Below are positions 29,758-37,594 of a stretch of 64,000 nucleotides of DNA, one piece after another. Source of the stretch: Candidatus Saccharimonadales bacterium (GTDB lineage: Bacteria; Patescibacteriota; Saccharimonadia; Saccharimonadales; UBA4665); the NCBI GenBank assembly GCA_036388415.1, contig DASVRW010000002.1, forward strand, positions 353,396-417,395, in the 5' to 3' direction. The notes under the pieces were generated by a model. That model saw only the letters and a list, made by a program, of their open reading frames with translations. It did no database searches and was not told where the DNA came from. The translations under genes and the position numbers were made by a program. The number at the start of each line of letters is the position of its first letter. Within the stretch, counting starts at the first letter, position 1.

Positions 29758-29995
29758 GCTGATTCCGCCATTTAGATATCATGACAATCAACCCAATAGT
29801 TATAAGCAACCATATTAATGAAAATATTATTGCCGTCATATGCGACGGGTTGCCACAGGCGCTCTGGCTGGCCGTTAACGAAGATGTGCATGGTCTAAAG
29901 CTAAGAAATACCTGTAGAAGTAGGTATGCCGCAAACAACCAAACAGCTCCTAACACTGTCGTGGAAATTGCTAATATGGTTTTTTTGTTATTCAT
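29750..29995 (-). CDS. Candidate 81-aa two-TM micro-protein
   Basis: MNNKKTILAISTTVLGAVWLFAAYLLLQ...IIFSLIWLLITIGLIVMI. ATG 29995 is preceded by GGAG and overlaps the tkt-N stop by 8 nt. Confidence 0.45.
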   Translation of the reverse strand: MNNKKTILAISTTVLGAVWLFAAYLLLQVFLSFRPCTSSLTASQSACGNPSHMTAIIFSLIWLLITIGLIVMISKWRNQHA

Positions 29996-30854
29996 GCTCG
30001 CTCCGGATGCGTCCGCCGAGGGTACGGAGTTCTTTGAGTGCTTCGACGGCCTGTTCATGGTTTGGTGGCATGCCGTGCCAGCGGAAATCGTATTCCATAA
30101 AGTCGACGCCCTTGCCTGGGATAGTGTGCGCGATGATCATCACCGGCTTTTCGACAATTGCCCGTCCCATGGCGCAAGCATCAATGACGGCCTCGATGTC
30201 ATTGCCGTTGATTTCGATAACGTGCCAGCCGAACGCTTCCCATTTGCCGCGAAGATCTTCCAGTGGCATGACAGACTCAGTCGGGCCATCGATTTGGATG
30301 TTGTTGCGGTCAATAATACCAATAATATTATGCAGTTTTTCTTTGCCGGCCAGCATAGCCGCTTCCCATATATTGCCTTCGTTCAACTCACCGTCACCCA
30401 TTACGACATAGACCCAGCGGTGCGTGACCTTGTCCATGCGCATGGCAAGAGCGATACCTGCTGCCTGCGACAAGCCGCATCCTAGTGGCCCACTAGTAGT
30501 TTCCATGCCAGGCAGCCGTGTCCGCTCAGGATGACCCTGCAAACGTGAGCCGAGCTTCCGGAGCGTCATGAGTTCTTTTTTATCAAAATAGCCGGCTTCG
30601 GCCATGGTAGCATATCGTACCGGGACGCAGTGGCCGTTGCTCAGTAGCAATATATCGCGTTCGTCCCAATCGGGATGCTTGGGATCGTGTTGCAGTACAT
30701 CAAAATACAAAGCCGTAAATATATCGGCCAGTCCGAGCGGTCCGGCCGAATGCCCACTGCCTGCATGTTCGAGCATACGGATAATATCACTGCGGATATC
30801 TACCGCTTTATGTTCCAGCCAATCAATCGAGTAAGTTTTTTTCATTCTGCTCAT
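29988..30854 (-). CDS. Transketolase, N-terminal (TPP-binding) subunit
   Basis: GSGHSAGPLGLADI, GDGELNEGNIWEA and IIDRN motifs. An alternative start ATG 30845 is possible. Confidence 0.88.
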   Translation of the reverse strand: MSRMKKTYSIDWLEHKAVDIRSDIIRMLEHAGSGHSAGPLGLADIFTALYFDVLQHDPKHPDWDERDILLLSNGHCVPVRYATMAEAGYFDKKELMTLRKLGSRLQGHPERTRLPGMETTSGPLGCGLSQAAGIALAMRMDKVTHRWVYVVMGDGELNEGNIWEAAMLAGKEKLHNIIGIIDRNNIQIDGPTESVMPLEDLRGKWEAFGWHVIEINGNDIEAVIDACAMGRAIVEKPVMIIAHTIPGKGVDFMEYDFRWHGMPPNHEQAVEALKELRTLGGRIRSEHE

Positions 30855-30855
30855 G

Positions 30856-30864
30856 ATTATACCA
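30856..30864 (-). promoter_or_regulatory. Extended -10 element TGGTATAAT abutting the transketolase start
   Basis: Minus strand reads TGGTATAAT-C-ATG. The -10 ends 1 nt before ATG 30854 and 10 nt before ATG 30845. Confidence 0.4.
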
Positions 30865-30889
30865 TTAGGCTGGTCGAATACGCATGCAG

Positions 30890-31020
30890 AACCTAAACCT
30901 CAAAACCTACCCATGAGCCTCGTCAACCTGTCCGCCCCTAAAATTTTTCATCTTCGATGAAATAATTTTGGGGCCGCCCCGCAGGTTGCCACTCAAGGTG
31001 TAGGTTTTGAGGTTTAGGTT
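30890..31020 (+). repeat. Long-hairpin intergenic repeat, copy B (best preserved)
   Basis: The outer 21 nt AACCTAAACCTCAAAACCTAC pair perfectly with GTAGGTTTTGAGGTTTAGGTT. The inner arms pair imperfectly and the apical stem is TCATC/GATGA. Confidence 0.9.
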
Positions 31021-31047
31021 ACAGAATCCTGCCAAACGTGTGTTGGT

Positions 31048-31689
31048 TTAATGAGCAGGCTGAGCAACCAGCTGCGCGAGCAATTCGTAGGCGGCATGCG
31101 CATCCTGGCTGCGCTGAATATAGCCACCGACGTTGAGTACGTCGACCCCGCCCGCAGCCAGTTGACAGATATTCTGGTCGTTGATGCCGCCGTCCCAACC
31201 GATCTCAAGCGTTGGCTTAGCAGCCCGCAGCTGCTGGACTTTGTCGAGTAAACGCAGGTCAGCCGTGCCACCAAAGTAGCCGAGCTTTCCGGAAAATATC
31301 AGTACATGATCTATAATATCGATGGCTGGAAGTATAGTTTCGACGGACGTATCCTGCAGGAGTGCGACGCCGGTTTCTATACCATGCTTATGGAGCGTAT
31401 CGGCAAACGCCACAAAATCTCCTTCAGCCTCCGCATGGACAATGACCATCTGCGGTCCCAGCACGCGGTATAGCTGCGTATGCTCAAATGGATTCTTAAG
31501 CATGACGTGCAGATCAGCCCGCACGCCGCCTGGCCACCAGATCTGATCCAGATCGAGTAGTTTATTTGGCGCCAGCACTCCGTCGGATACATCGATATGA
31601 ATCCGTGGCGCAAAGTCGGCAATGCGCTCAATCTGCGCCCGGTACAAATGGGCGTTTTCGGCTGTAACCGTTGGGCAAATACTGACCAT
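31048..31689 (-). CDS. rpe: Ribulose-phosphate 3-epimerase-family protein (divergent)
   Basis: IHIDVSDG..APN, VHAEA and GWDGGIN are TIM-barrel RPE-like motifs, though diverged from canonical H.DvMDG. Confidence 0.7.
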   Translation of the reverse strand: MVSICPTVTAENAHLYRAQIERIADFAPRIHIDVSDGVLAPNKLLDLDQIWWPGGVRADLHVMLKNPFEHTQLYRVLGPQMVIVHAEAEGDFVAFADTLHKHGIETGVALLQDTSVETILPAIDIIDHVLIFSGKLGYFGGTADLRLLDKVQQLRAAKPTLEIGWDGGINDQNICQLAAGGVDVLNVGGYIQRSQDAHAAYELLAQLVAQPAH

Positions 31690-31690
31690 A

Positions 31691-32164
31691 CTATACTTTG
31701 TCTTTCGTTCGAATCAGGATTATAAGGTATGCCACCACACAGACAGCCATAATCACATAATCAACTGCGTATGACGTTACCCACGCTGGCGGCTGGCTAC
31801 CTGGCTGCGAGTCGCCGACGAAAAAAATTCCAGAATAATTTTTTAATGAGACCAACACGCCATATACGGCCATGAATGCAGCAGATTTTATAATTGCCAC
31901 GAACCATCGGTTGAGTCGAATTGGATACCGCCCGGATAGAATGTAGGCAATGCAGAATGCGATCACTGGTAGTAACCCGCTCAGGATAATTACAGCCGCA
32001 TAACTCCATGAATAACCCGTTGAATTGAAGATATACAGAGCGAGCGTAAATGCCATTCCTACAGCCGCCGACACAGTCATTGCAATGACGAATGCCCGCT
32101 GCAGGCCGGCTGGTACCTGCAAAGCTCCGGCTGAGGCCGCGGTTCGTTGTTTTGGAAATTTCAT
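31691..32164 (-). CDS. Hypothetical 4-TM membrane protein
   Basis: 157-aa hydrophobic ORF. Its stop lies 1 nt from the rpe start. Confidence 0.5.
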   Translation of the reverse strand: MKFPKQRTAASAGALQVPAGLQRAFVIAMTVSAAVGMAFTLALYIFNSTGYSWSYAAVIILSGLLPVIAFCIAYILSGRYPIRLNRWFVAIIKSAAFMAVYGVLVSLKNYSGIFFVGDSQPGSQPPAWVTSYAVDYVIMAVCVVAYLIILIRTKDKV

Positions 32165-32182
32165 ATTTGCTTCCGTTATACC

Positions 32183-32629
32183 CTATCCAAGTTGATCAAG
32201 TTCCTGCAAGCGGCGTTTGAAACGGGTTGCCCCGGCAAACGGCGTGTTGAGCCAAGTTGTCATGATAGCCTGCGCCTTGGCGTCATCGAGACTGCGGGCA
32301 CTAAGGCAGAGCACATTGCTGTCATCATCATTGCGGGCCGACCGGGCTTCAGTCAAGTTCCAGCACAGACTGGCTCGTATACCCTTGAATCTATTGGCAG
32401 CCATGCACATGCCCTGACCACTACCGCAGATGAGGATGCCTTTAGAACTAGCGTCGCCGTCAGCGAGCAGCCCAGTAACCGCCCGGCCAGCAAACTGTGG
32501 AAAGTCATCATTTTGGTCTAGCTGCAGGTCGCCGGCATCGATTACGTCATAGCCGCTGCGCAGCAAAAAATCGTATAATTGCTTTTTGAGATGAAATCCG
32601 TTGTGGTCGGCGCCGATATATATTTTCAT
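32183..32629 (-). CDS. rpiB: Ribose-5-phosphate isomerase B
   Basis: MKIYIGADHNGFHLKKQL...ILICGSGQGMCMAANR. Confidence 0.88.
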   Translation of the reverse strand: MKIYIGADHNGFHLKKQLYDFLLRSGYDVIDAGDLQLDQNDDFPQFAGRAVTGLLADGDASSKGILICGSGQGMCMAANRFKGIRASLCWNLTEARSARNDDDSNVLCLSARSLDDAKAQAIMTTWLNTPFAGATRFKRRLQELDQLG

Positions 32630-32647
32630 TGTGTATTCTATACCAGA

Positions 32648-33682
32648 TTAATCGTGCTTGTGTTCTTCGGCCTTATGCAGCAGTTTACCGGTGTCAGCGA
32701 CAACTTCAACCAGTCGGTTACTGTAACCCCACTCATTGTCGTACCACGCAACCACCTTAAGCATGTTACCGGCGACAACCGCGGTCAGTTTGAGGTCAAC
32801 GATCGCCGAATGACTATTACCAATAAAGTCTTTGCTGACAAGTTCTTCTTCGGTGACGTCTAAAATGCCTTGGAAGAATGGTTCTGTCACGGCTTTTTTG
32901 AATGTTTGATTTACTTCTTCGACGGTAACATTGCGTTTGGTGATGATGACAAAGTCGCTCAGTGATACGACGGGGGTTGGTACGCGGACTGACATCCCGC
33001 CGAATTTGCCTTGCAATGCAGGCAATGCTTGCCCGGCTGCAATCGATGCGCCAGTAGTGGTCGGTACGATGTTTTCGGCAGCATTGCGGCCTTCGCGGAG
33101 ATCTTTGGCAGGAGCATCCTGCAGCACCTGGCTGGCGGTGTAGCTGTGTACGGTGGTCATCATAGCCTTATCGATACCAAATGCACCCTCGATAACAGCC
33201 ATGACTGGTGTAATACAATTGGTCGTGCACGATGCGTTACTGATAATATCATTTGAACTCTCGAGCTTGTCCTCGTTTACGCCCAGTACGATTGTCGTCG
33301 CGCCTTCGCCCTTGGCTGGAGCTGACAATACAACTTTCTTGGCACCGGCGTCGATATGAGCCCGAGCTTTGGCCGGATCGACGAAGAAACCAGTTGATTC
33401 GATAACTACATCAACATCAAGCGATTTCCAGTCCAGCTGGGCTGGGTCACGCTGTGCAAATACCTGCACTTTTTTACCATCGACGATAATGTGCTGCTCA
33501 TCGTGGCTGACATCATGCGAGTAGAGACCGTAATTACTGTCATGCTTGAGCAGATGCGCCAGAGTTCGCGTATCCGTCAGGTCGTTGATGGCAACTATGT
33601 CAATGTCGCTGCGCTCAAAGGCTACCTTAAAAGCATTCCGCCCAATTCGTCCAAATCCGTTAATTGCTACGCGTGTCTTCAT
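32648..33682 (-). CDS. gap: Type I glyceraldehyde-3-phosphate dehydrogenase
   Basis: INGFGRIGR, active-site SNASCTTNC and WYDNEWGYS. Confidence 0.92.
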   Translation of the reverse strand: MKTRVAINGFGRIGRNAFKVAFERSDIDIVAINDLTDTRTLAHLLKHDSNYGLYSHDVSHDEQHIIVDGKKVQVFAQRDPAQLDWKSLDVDVVIESTGFFVDPAKARAHIDAGAKKVVLSAPAKGEGATTIVLGVNEDKLESSNDIISNASCTTNCITPVMAVIEGAFGIDKAMMTTVHSYTASQVLQDAPAKDLREGRNAAENIVPTTTGASIAAGQALPALQGKFGGMSVRVPTPVVSLSDFVIITKRNVTVEEVNQTFKKAVTEPFFQGILDVTEEELVSKDFIGNSHSAIVDLKLTAVVAGNMLKVVAWYDNEWGYSNRLVEVVADTGKLLHKAEEHKHD

Positions 33683-33762
33683 GCAGTACCCTCACTCAAA
33701 GTTATATTGCTTATGCAAGCATTGTAGAAGTTATGCTCGTCTGGTGCAATAGCTTAAGCACA

Positions 33763-33790
33763 TTGACAACGATAATAAATCGTGTATAAT
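33763..33790 (+). promoter_or_regulatory. Consensus sigma70 promoter TTGACA-N16-TATAAT ending 4 nt before ATG 33795
   Basis: Exact hexamers at 33763-33768 and 33785-33790. Confidence 0.5.
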
Positions 33791-33794
33791 AAGT

Positions 33795-34346
33795 ATGATG
33801 ATATGGGATACCCCACCGAATCAACTGCAAGAAGCAGAAATGAATTTCAGAAAAGCACCGCATATGCTGGAACAAACTGAGCTGATTCATAGCAAACTGC
33901 ATGATTTAGGTTTGCCTACCAGCCCTATAGATTATTTCGAAATACCTTCCCGCGCGCATAGTGTAGGCAAACTAGTTGTGCCATTTGTACACTTGTTAGA
34001 CACCGGCGAGATCGACGCTGGGTTACCACCCATTTACGGCGTTACCAGCCAGCCGAACGCACATACCAAACGGTCGTCGGTACTCCGTTCACAAGAAGCC
34101 CATGTCTTTGCTGAAGATTTAGCGCTGCGTCGCGGAATATTCACCCCGTACGCACGCGGCAGTAGCGAAGTGATAGCAACAAAATTGATTCCAAAAGCAT
34201 ATCTTCCACAGTACGTCAGTGACCGAGTCGCACACCTGGGAGCGCTCATTGTTGAAGTTGACGAAACTCGTAACCTGACAAAAAAACAACGCGCATTCGT
34301 GATCAAGGAAATTGGTAGCGCTAAAGGGATGCTCGAAGATAAATAG
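33795..34346 (+). CDS. Hypothetical protein
   Basis: 183-aa ORF with no motif recognised. The start is uncertain (ATG 33795/33798, or internal ATG 33840). Confidence 0.5.
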   Translation: MMIWDTPPNQLQEAEMNFRKAPHMLEQTELIHSKLHDLGLPTSPIDYFEIPSRAHSVGKLVVPFVHLLDTGEIDAGLPPIYGVTSQPNAHTKRSSVLRSQEAHVFAEDLALRRGIFTPYARGSSEVIATKLIPKAYLPQYVSDRVAHLGALIVEVDETRNLTKKQRAFVIKEIGSAKGMLEDK

Positions 34347-34368
34347 ATACAGAATCTATTTAATGCTG

Positions 34369-34986
34369 CTACACGGCCGCTGTACGGTTCCACTCATTGA
34401 CAGCTACCATTCGCAACCGGCACATTTTACCAATCTTAGGTGCAATTGCTTGAGCTCGCTCATCGTCAAAAAATATCCATTCTGCATGCACAGGACCATT
34501 CGGATCTAAAACCGGTGTTTGTGTATTATATAAATCATTTCGAGTTGCCGATGCTACAAATGGATAGCAAAGATCCAGCGACATGACGGGTTTTGCTCCA
34601 GAATAGTCAGGCGGCCGAACCGCAGCCATTGAATAATCAAGCGGGACCTGCGGATCTTGAGCTACTACGTGAAGCGCCTTGACGAGCATAGTACCCGCGA
34701 GCGTTGACGCTATTTCATGAGCAGCAACTTGTGGTTCGACACCAGGCGTATCGAGTGCAACACCTGGCAATATCCAATGATCGTTGGTTTTGTCATACAG
34801 CATACACACCTGGTCTTTGGTCGCTGAAAGTATTAATGCACTCGTAGTCAGCCCCTGCGTCGCACCGTTATCGTAACTCAGTCCTGCATTCAGATATGCA
34901 TTTTCAACATAATTATCAAGTGAAGCACCGGCTTCAGGAAACAGCGTAAAATAGGTTCTTGAACTGTTCAAATGGTTTAGGCTCAT
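34369..34986 (-). CDS. Hypothetical protein, possibly a degenerate Nudix fold
   Basis: ALILSATKDQVCMLYDKTNDHWILPGVALDTPGVEPQVAAHEIASTLAG mimics the Nudix strand-loop-helix, but RE..EE is replaced by HE..ST. Confidence 0.45.
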   Translation of the reverse strand: MSLNHLNSSRTYFTLFPEAGASLDNYVENAYLNAGLSYDNGATQGLTTSALILSATKDQVCMLYDKTNDHWILPGVALDTPGVEPQVAAHEIASTLAGTMLVKALHVVAQDPQVPLDYSMAAVRPPDYSGAKPVMSLDLCYPFVASATRNDLYNTQTPVLDPNGPVHAEWIFFDDERAQAIAPKIGKMCRLRMVAVNEWNRTAAV

Positions 34987-35014
34987 TATAAAGAAAGTCT
35001 ACCACGAACAATGC

Positions 35015-35431
35015 TTATGCTACAAAGATCCCGTGCTTTAAGCCATACGCGAGGCCGGTACCATACATCGGGTGCGGAAACAGCCGCAGTGCTTCCTCGG
35101 GGGTTACCCATTGGTACTCGTCATGTTCGAAGCTGAGCTGCACCGCCGCATCCTGCACCCGTGTCCAAAATAGTAAACGCGTGATATTAGTATCGCGGTA
35201 TATTTCTGAGGCAGCGTAAAACAAATGGACATTGCCAACGGCTACGCTTAGGCCAGCTTCCTCAAAGATCTCACGGCAGACAGCCGCTCGGTACTCTTCG
35301 CCGTCTTCGATACCGCCGCCTGGAAAATCTTGTTCGCCCGGACGGCGCGTGTCAGTCGCGCTGCGCCTGAGCAGCAGTACATTGCCAGCAGCGTCAAATA
35401 CAACTGCTTTTGCGATGAGAGATGTCCGCAT
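35015..35431 (-). CDS. NUDIX hydrolase
   Basis: Canonical Nudix box GGGIEDGEEYRAAVCREIFEEAGL. Confidence 0.8.
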   Translation of the reverse strand: MRTSLIAKAVVFDAAGNVLLLRRSATDTRRPGEQDFPGGGIEDGEEYRAAVCREIFEEAGLSVAVGNVHLFYAASEIYRDTNITRLLFWTRVQDAAVQLSFEHDEYQWVTPEEALRLFPHPMYGTGLAYGLKHGIFVA

Positions 35432-35433
35432 AC

Positions 35434-35967
35434 TTATGCTCCGCTAGCGTAGCGCGCGATTGATTCAGCAATGATCTGCTTGGCAGCTTCTACGTCGCCC
35501 CAGCCTTCGACCTTGGTACTGCCAGGCTTTTTGAGGTCTTTATAGTGGGTGAAGTGCTGCTCAACTTTCGCCTTCCAGCGTTCGCCGAGATCATCAAGTG
35601 TCTGGATGCTGTCGCCAGTATTGCGGTCATCGGCTGGTACGCAAACAATCTTGTGATCAGCTTCACCGTCGTCAATAAAGTTCATCACGCCAATCACTTT
35701 TGCACTAGTATAGACGCCAGTTGGAATCGGCTCGTCGCAGACAACCAAGGTATCGAGTTCATCGCCGTCCTCATCAAGCGTCTGTGGAATGAAGCCGTAG
35801 TTAGTCGGTTTGGCGTATATATTCGGCTCGACGCGGTCCAGCATAAAGCAGGCCCGTTTGCGGTCCCATTCAATCTTTAGAAAGCTACCCTGCGGTATTT
35901 CGATAACCGTATTGACGATGCCGTTTTGATAATCGCCTGTCTCAAGTACTACGTTATAGTCAGCCAT
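35434..35967 (-). CDS. ppa: Family I inorganic pyrophosphatase
   Basis: IEIPQGS..K.E, YGFIPQTLDEDGDELDTLVV and DDGEADHKIV. ATG 35967 has GGAGGA upstream. The longer track ORF to 36120 would overlap the divergent GDPD gene. Confidence 0.88.
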   Translation of the reverse strand: MADYNVVLETGDYQNGIVNTVIEIPQGSFLKIEWDRKRACFMLDRVEPNIYAKPTNYGFIPQTLDEDGDELDTLVVCDEPIPTGVYTSAKVIGVMNFIDDGEADHKIVCVPADDRNTGDSIQTLDDLGERWKAKVEQHFTHYKDLKKPGSTKVEGWGDVEAAKQIIAESIARYASGA

Positions 35968-36029
35968 GGTATATTCCTCCGTTACATTAGCGTCTGTATC
36001 GCTCATATTGTACACTCTAAGATGAATAT

Positions 36030-36743
36030 ATGACAAAAAACAATACCACAAAAATTGTGGGCCACCGTGGAGCAGCCGGTCTCCAACCGGAAAATACGCT
36101 ACCAGGTTTTTTATTAGCAAAAAGATTGGGCGTCGACGCCATCGAACTTGATGTGCGGCTAACCCGTGACAACCAATTCGTCGTCTGTCACAATGATCGT
36201 GTCAGGCTGAGCAACGGAACTCATGGCAGGGTTTCAAAACAAACATACGGTGAACTTACGGTTAGTTTATTGTCAAATGGCCATCGCCTGCTGCTACTGC
36301 AGGAGGTGCTGGCTGCGGTTCCGAACATCCCTATTGTACTTGACCTCAAAATCGATCACGGCATTTCTGAGCTCAGCAGACTTCTCGAAACATACGACAA
36401 CGAGTTTACGTTTGTTACCCACCGCAACCGCGTGGTACGCGAATGTAAACGATTACGACCGGATATACCGGCTTTTGTTGGCCGCCACTACAGTCCAGTC
36501 GGGTTGATGCGAAGCATCCGTATACATGATGCCGATGGTATAAATCTCAATTATATATGGCTCAATCCACTGACATACTACGCCGCACAGAAGCTAGGGC
36601 TGCAGATTCAGGTATACACCGTCAACAACGTCACCGTCGCCCGCCTACTACAGCGGTTTTATCCCGGTATTTGGATTTGTACCGATCGCCCTGACTTGCT
36701 CATAAGGTCTCTGCGCTCCAAACCAATCTATTCGGTTGAATAG
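36030..36743 (+). CDS. Glycerophosphodiester phosphodiesterase family protein
   Basis: IVGHRGAAGLQPENTLPGF...GVDAIELDVRLTRDNQFVVCHND. Confidence 0.8.
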   Translation: MTKNNTTKIVGHRGAAGLQPENTLPGFLLAKRLGVDAIELDVRLTRDNQFVVCHNDRVRLSNGTHGRVSKQTYGELTVSLLSNGHRLLLLQEVLAAVPNIPIVLDLKIDHGISELSRLLETYDNEFTFVTHRNRVVRECKRLRPDIPAFVGRHYSPVGLMRSIRIHDADGINLNYIWLNPLTYYAAQKLGLQIQVYTVNNVTVARLLQRFYPGIWICTDRPDLLIRSLRSKPIYSVE

Positions 36744-36786
36744 CCGGCATTACTAGTGGGCACTGCAGTCTGCTACACTACTATAG

Positions 36787-37527
36787 ATGCGTGCGCGATT
36801 CGTGAAACAAGAATGGGAAAATCAGGCACGAACCATTGCCAGTTTATATTTTAGTCCTGTGCCAGGACAACCTGCCTACCGCTACGAAGCCGGGCAATAT
36901 GCCTCTATTGTCGTTCCCCATTCTGATATAGACAGCCGCGGCGATAGCCGCACAATGACGCTGTCGTCTTCACCAACGCAGGATCTGTTGAAGATATCGC
37001 TGAAAGTTTTCAATGACGATGGTAGTAGCTTCAAGCGTGCCCTGCTTGCGCTACGCCCCGGGGATGAAATCATAATATATGATGCGATGGGTGATTTAAT
37101 CCTACCCCTCGATGCATCTATTCCGTTATTGTTTGTGGCAGGCGGTATCGGTATTGCATCCTACACCGGTATGACGCAGTATCTGCTTGATACTAAAGAC
37201 ACCCGGAATATTACGCTTCTCTACACCGTGGCGCGTCTTGAAGACATTGCACTGCAGTCCGTGTTCGACGCTTATAATGAGCAATCTGGCTTGACAAGGC
37301 GGATAATTACACCCGATGTCAAGCCCGTCATGGACACGACTGCCGGAACAGGCAAGCGGCGATTGGCAAGCAGTGATATCATGCAGCACTATACATCTGA
37401 CACGCAGATCTATTTGTCGGGCGTCGAATCAATGGTGGAACAATTTCACACTGAACTTATACGCGACTATCATGTTCCGCCGCATCAGATCGTCTTTGAT
37501 TATTTTGAAGGCTATAGCGAATTATAA
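36787..37527 (+). CDS. FNR-like FAD/NAD(P)-binding oxidoreductase
   Basis: RTMTLSS (RxYS-type FAD motif) and LLFVAGGIGIASY (NAD(P) motif). Confidence 0.65.
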   Translation: MRARFVKQEWENQARTIASLYFSPVPGQPAYRYEAGQYASIVVPHSDIDSRGDSRTMTLSSSPTQDLLKISLKVFNDDGSSFKRALLALRPGDEIIIYDAMGDLILPLDASIPLLFVAGGIGIASYTGMTQYLLDTKDTRNITLLYTVARLEDIALQSVFDAYNEQSGLTRRIITPDVKPVMDTTAGTGKRRLASSDIMQHYTSDTQIYLSGVESMVEQFHTELIRDYHVPPHQIVFDYFEGYSEL

Positions 37528-37594
37528 AACAGTCCGTCGTTCGGAAATCCGACACGTATACCGTTCAATACGACGCTCATAGGATAATACGCTT

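Noticed and set aside
29781-30485. A 234-aa plus-strand ORF (and 29926-30411) opposite transketolase.
   Set aside because: It is fully antisense to the TPP-binding transketolase subunit, which has clear motifs. It has no RBS and no recognisable domain.
30913-30960. A mini-ORF inside the hairpin repeat (MSLVNLSAPKIFHL..; 14-15 codons). It is conserved in copies A, B and C, with one synonymous AAC/AAT difference.
   Set aside because: It has no Shine-Dalgarno, and the stop position differs between copies. Its conservation is fully explained by the structural constraint on the hairpin arms. Ribo-seq would settle it.
35968-36120. An N-terminal extension of the pyrophosphatase ORF (track start 36120). 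Similar extensions occur at 4310 (pepN), 21692 (gatC), 47206 (pheS), 27571 (PfkB) and 39389 (FKBP).
   Set aside because: Internal ATGs with good GGAGG-type sites give N-termini matching the families. The ppa extension would overlap the divergent GDPD gene by about 90 nt.
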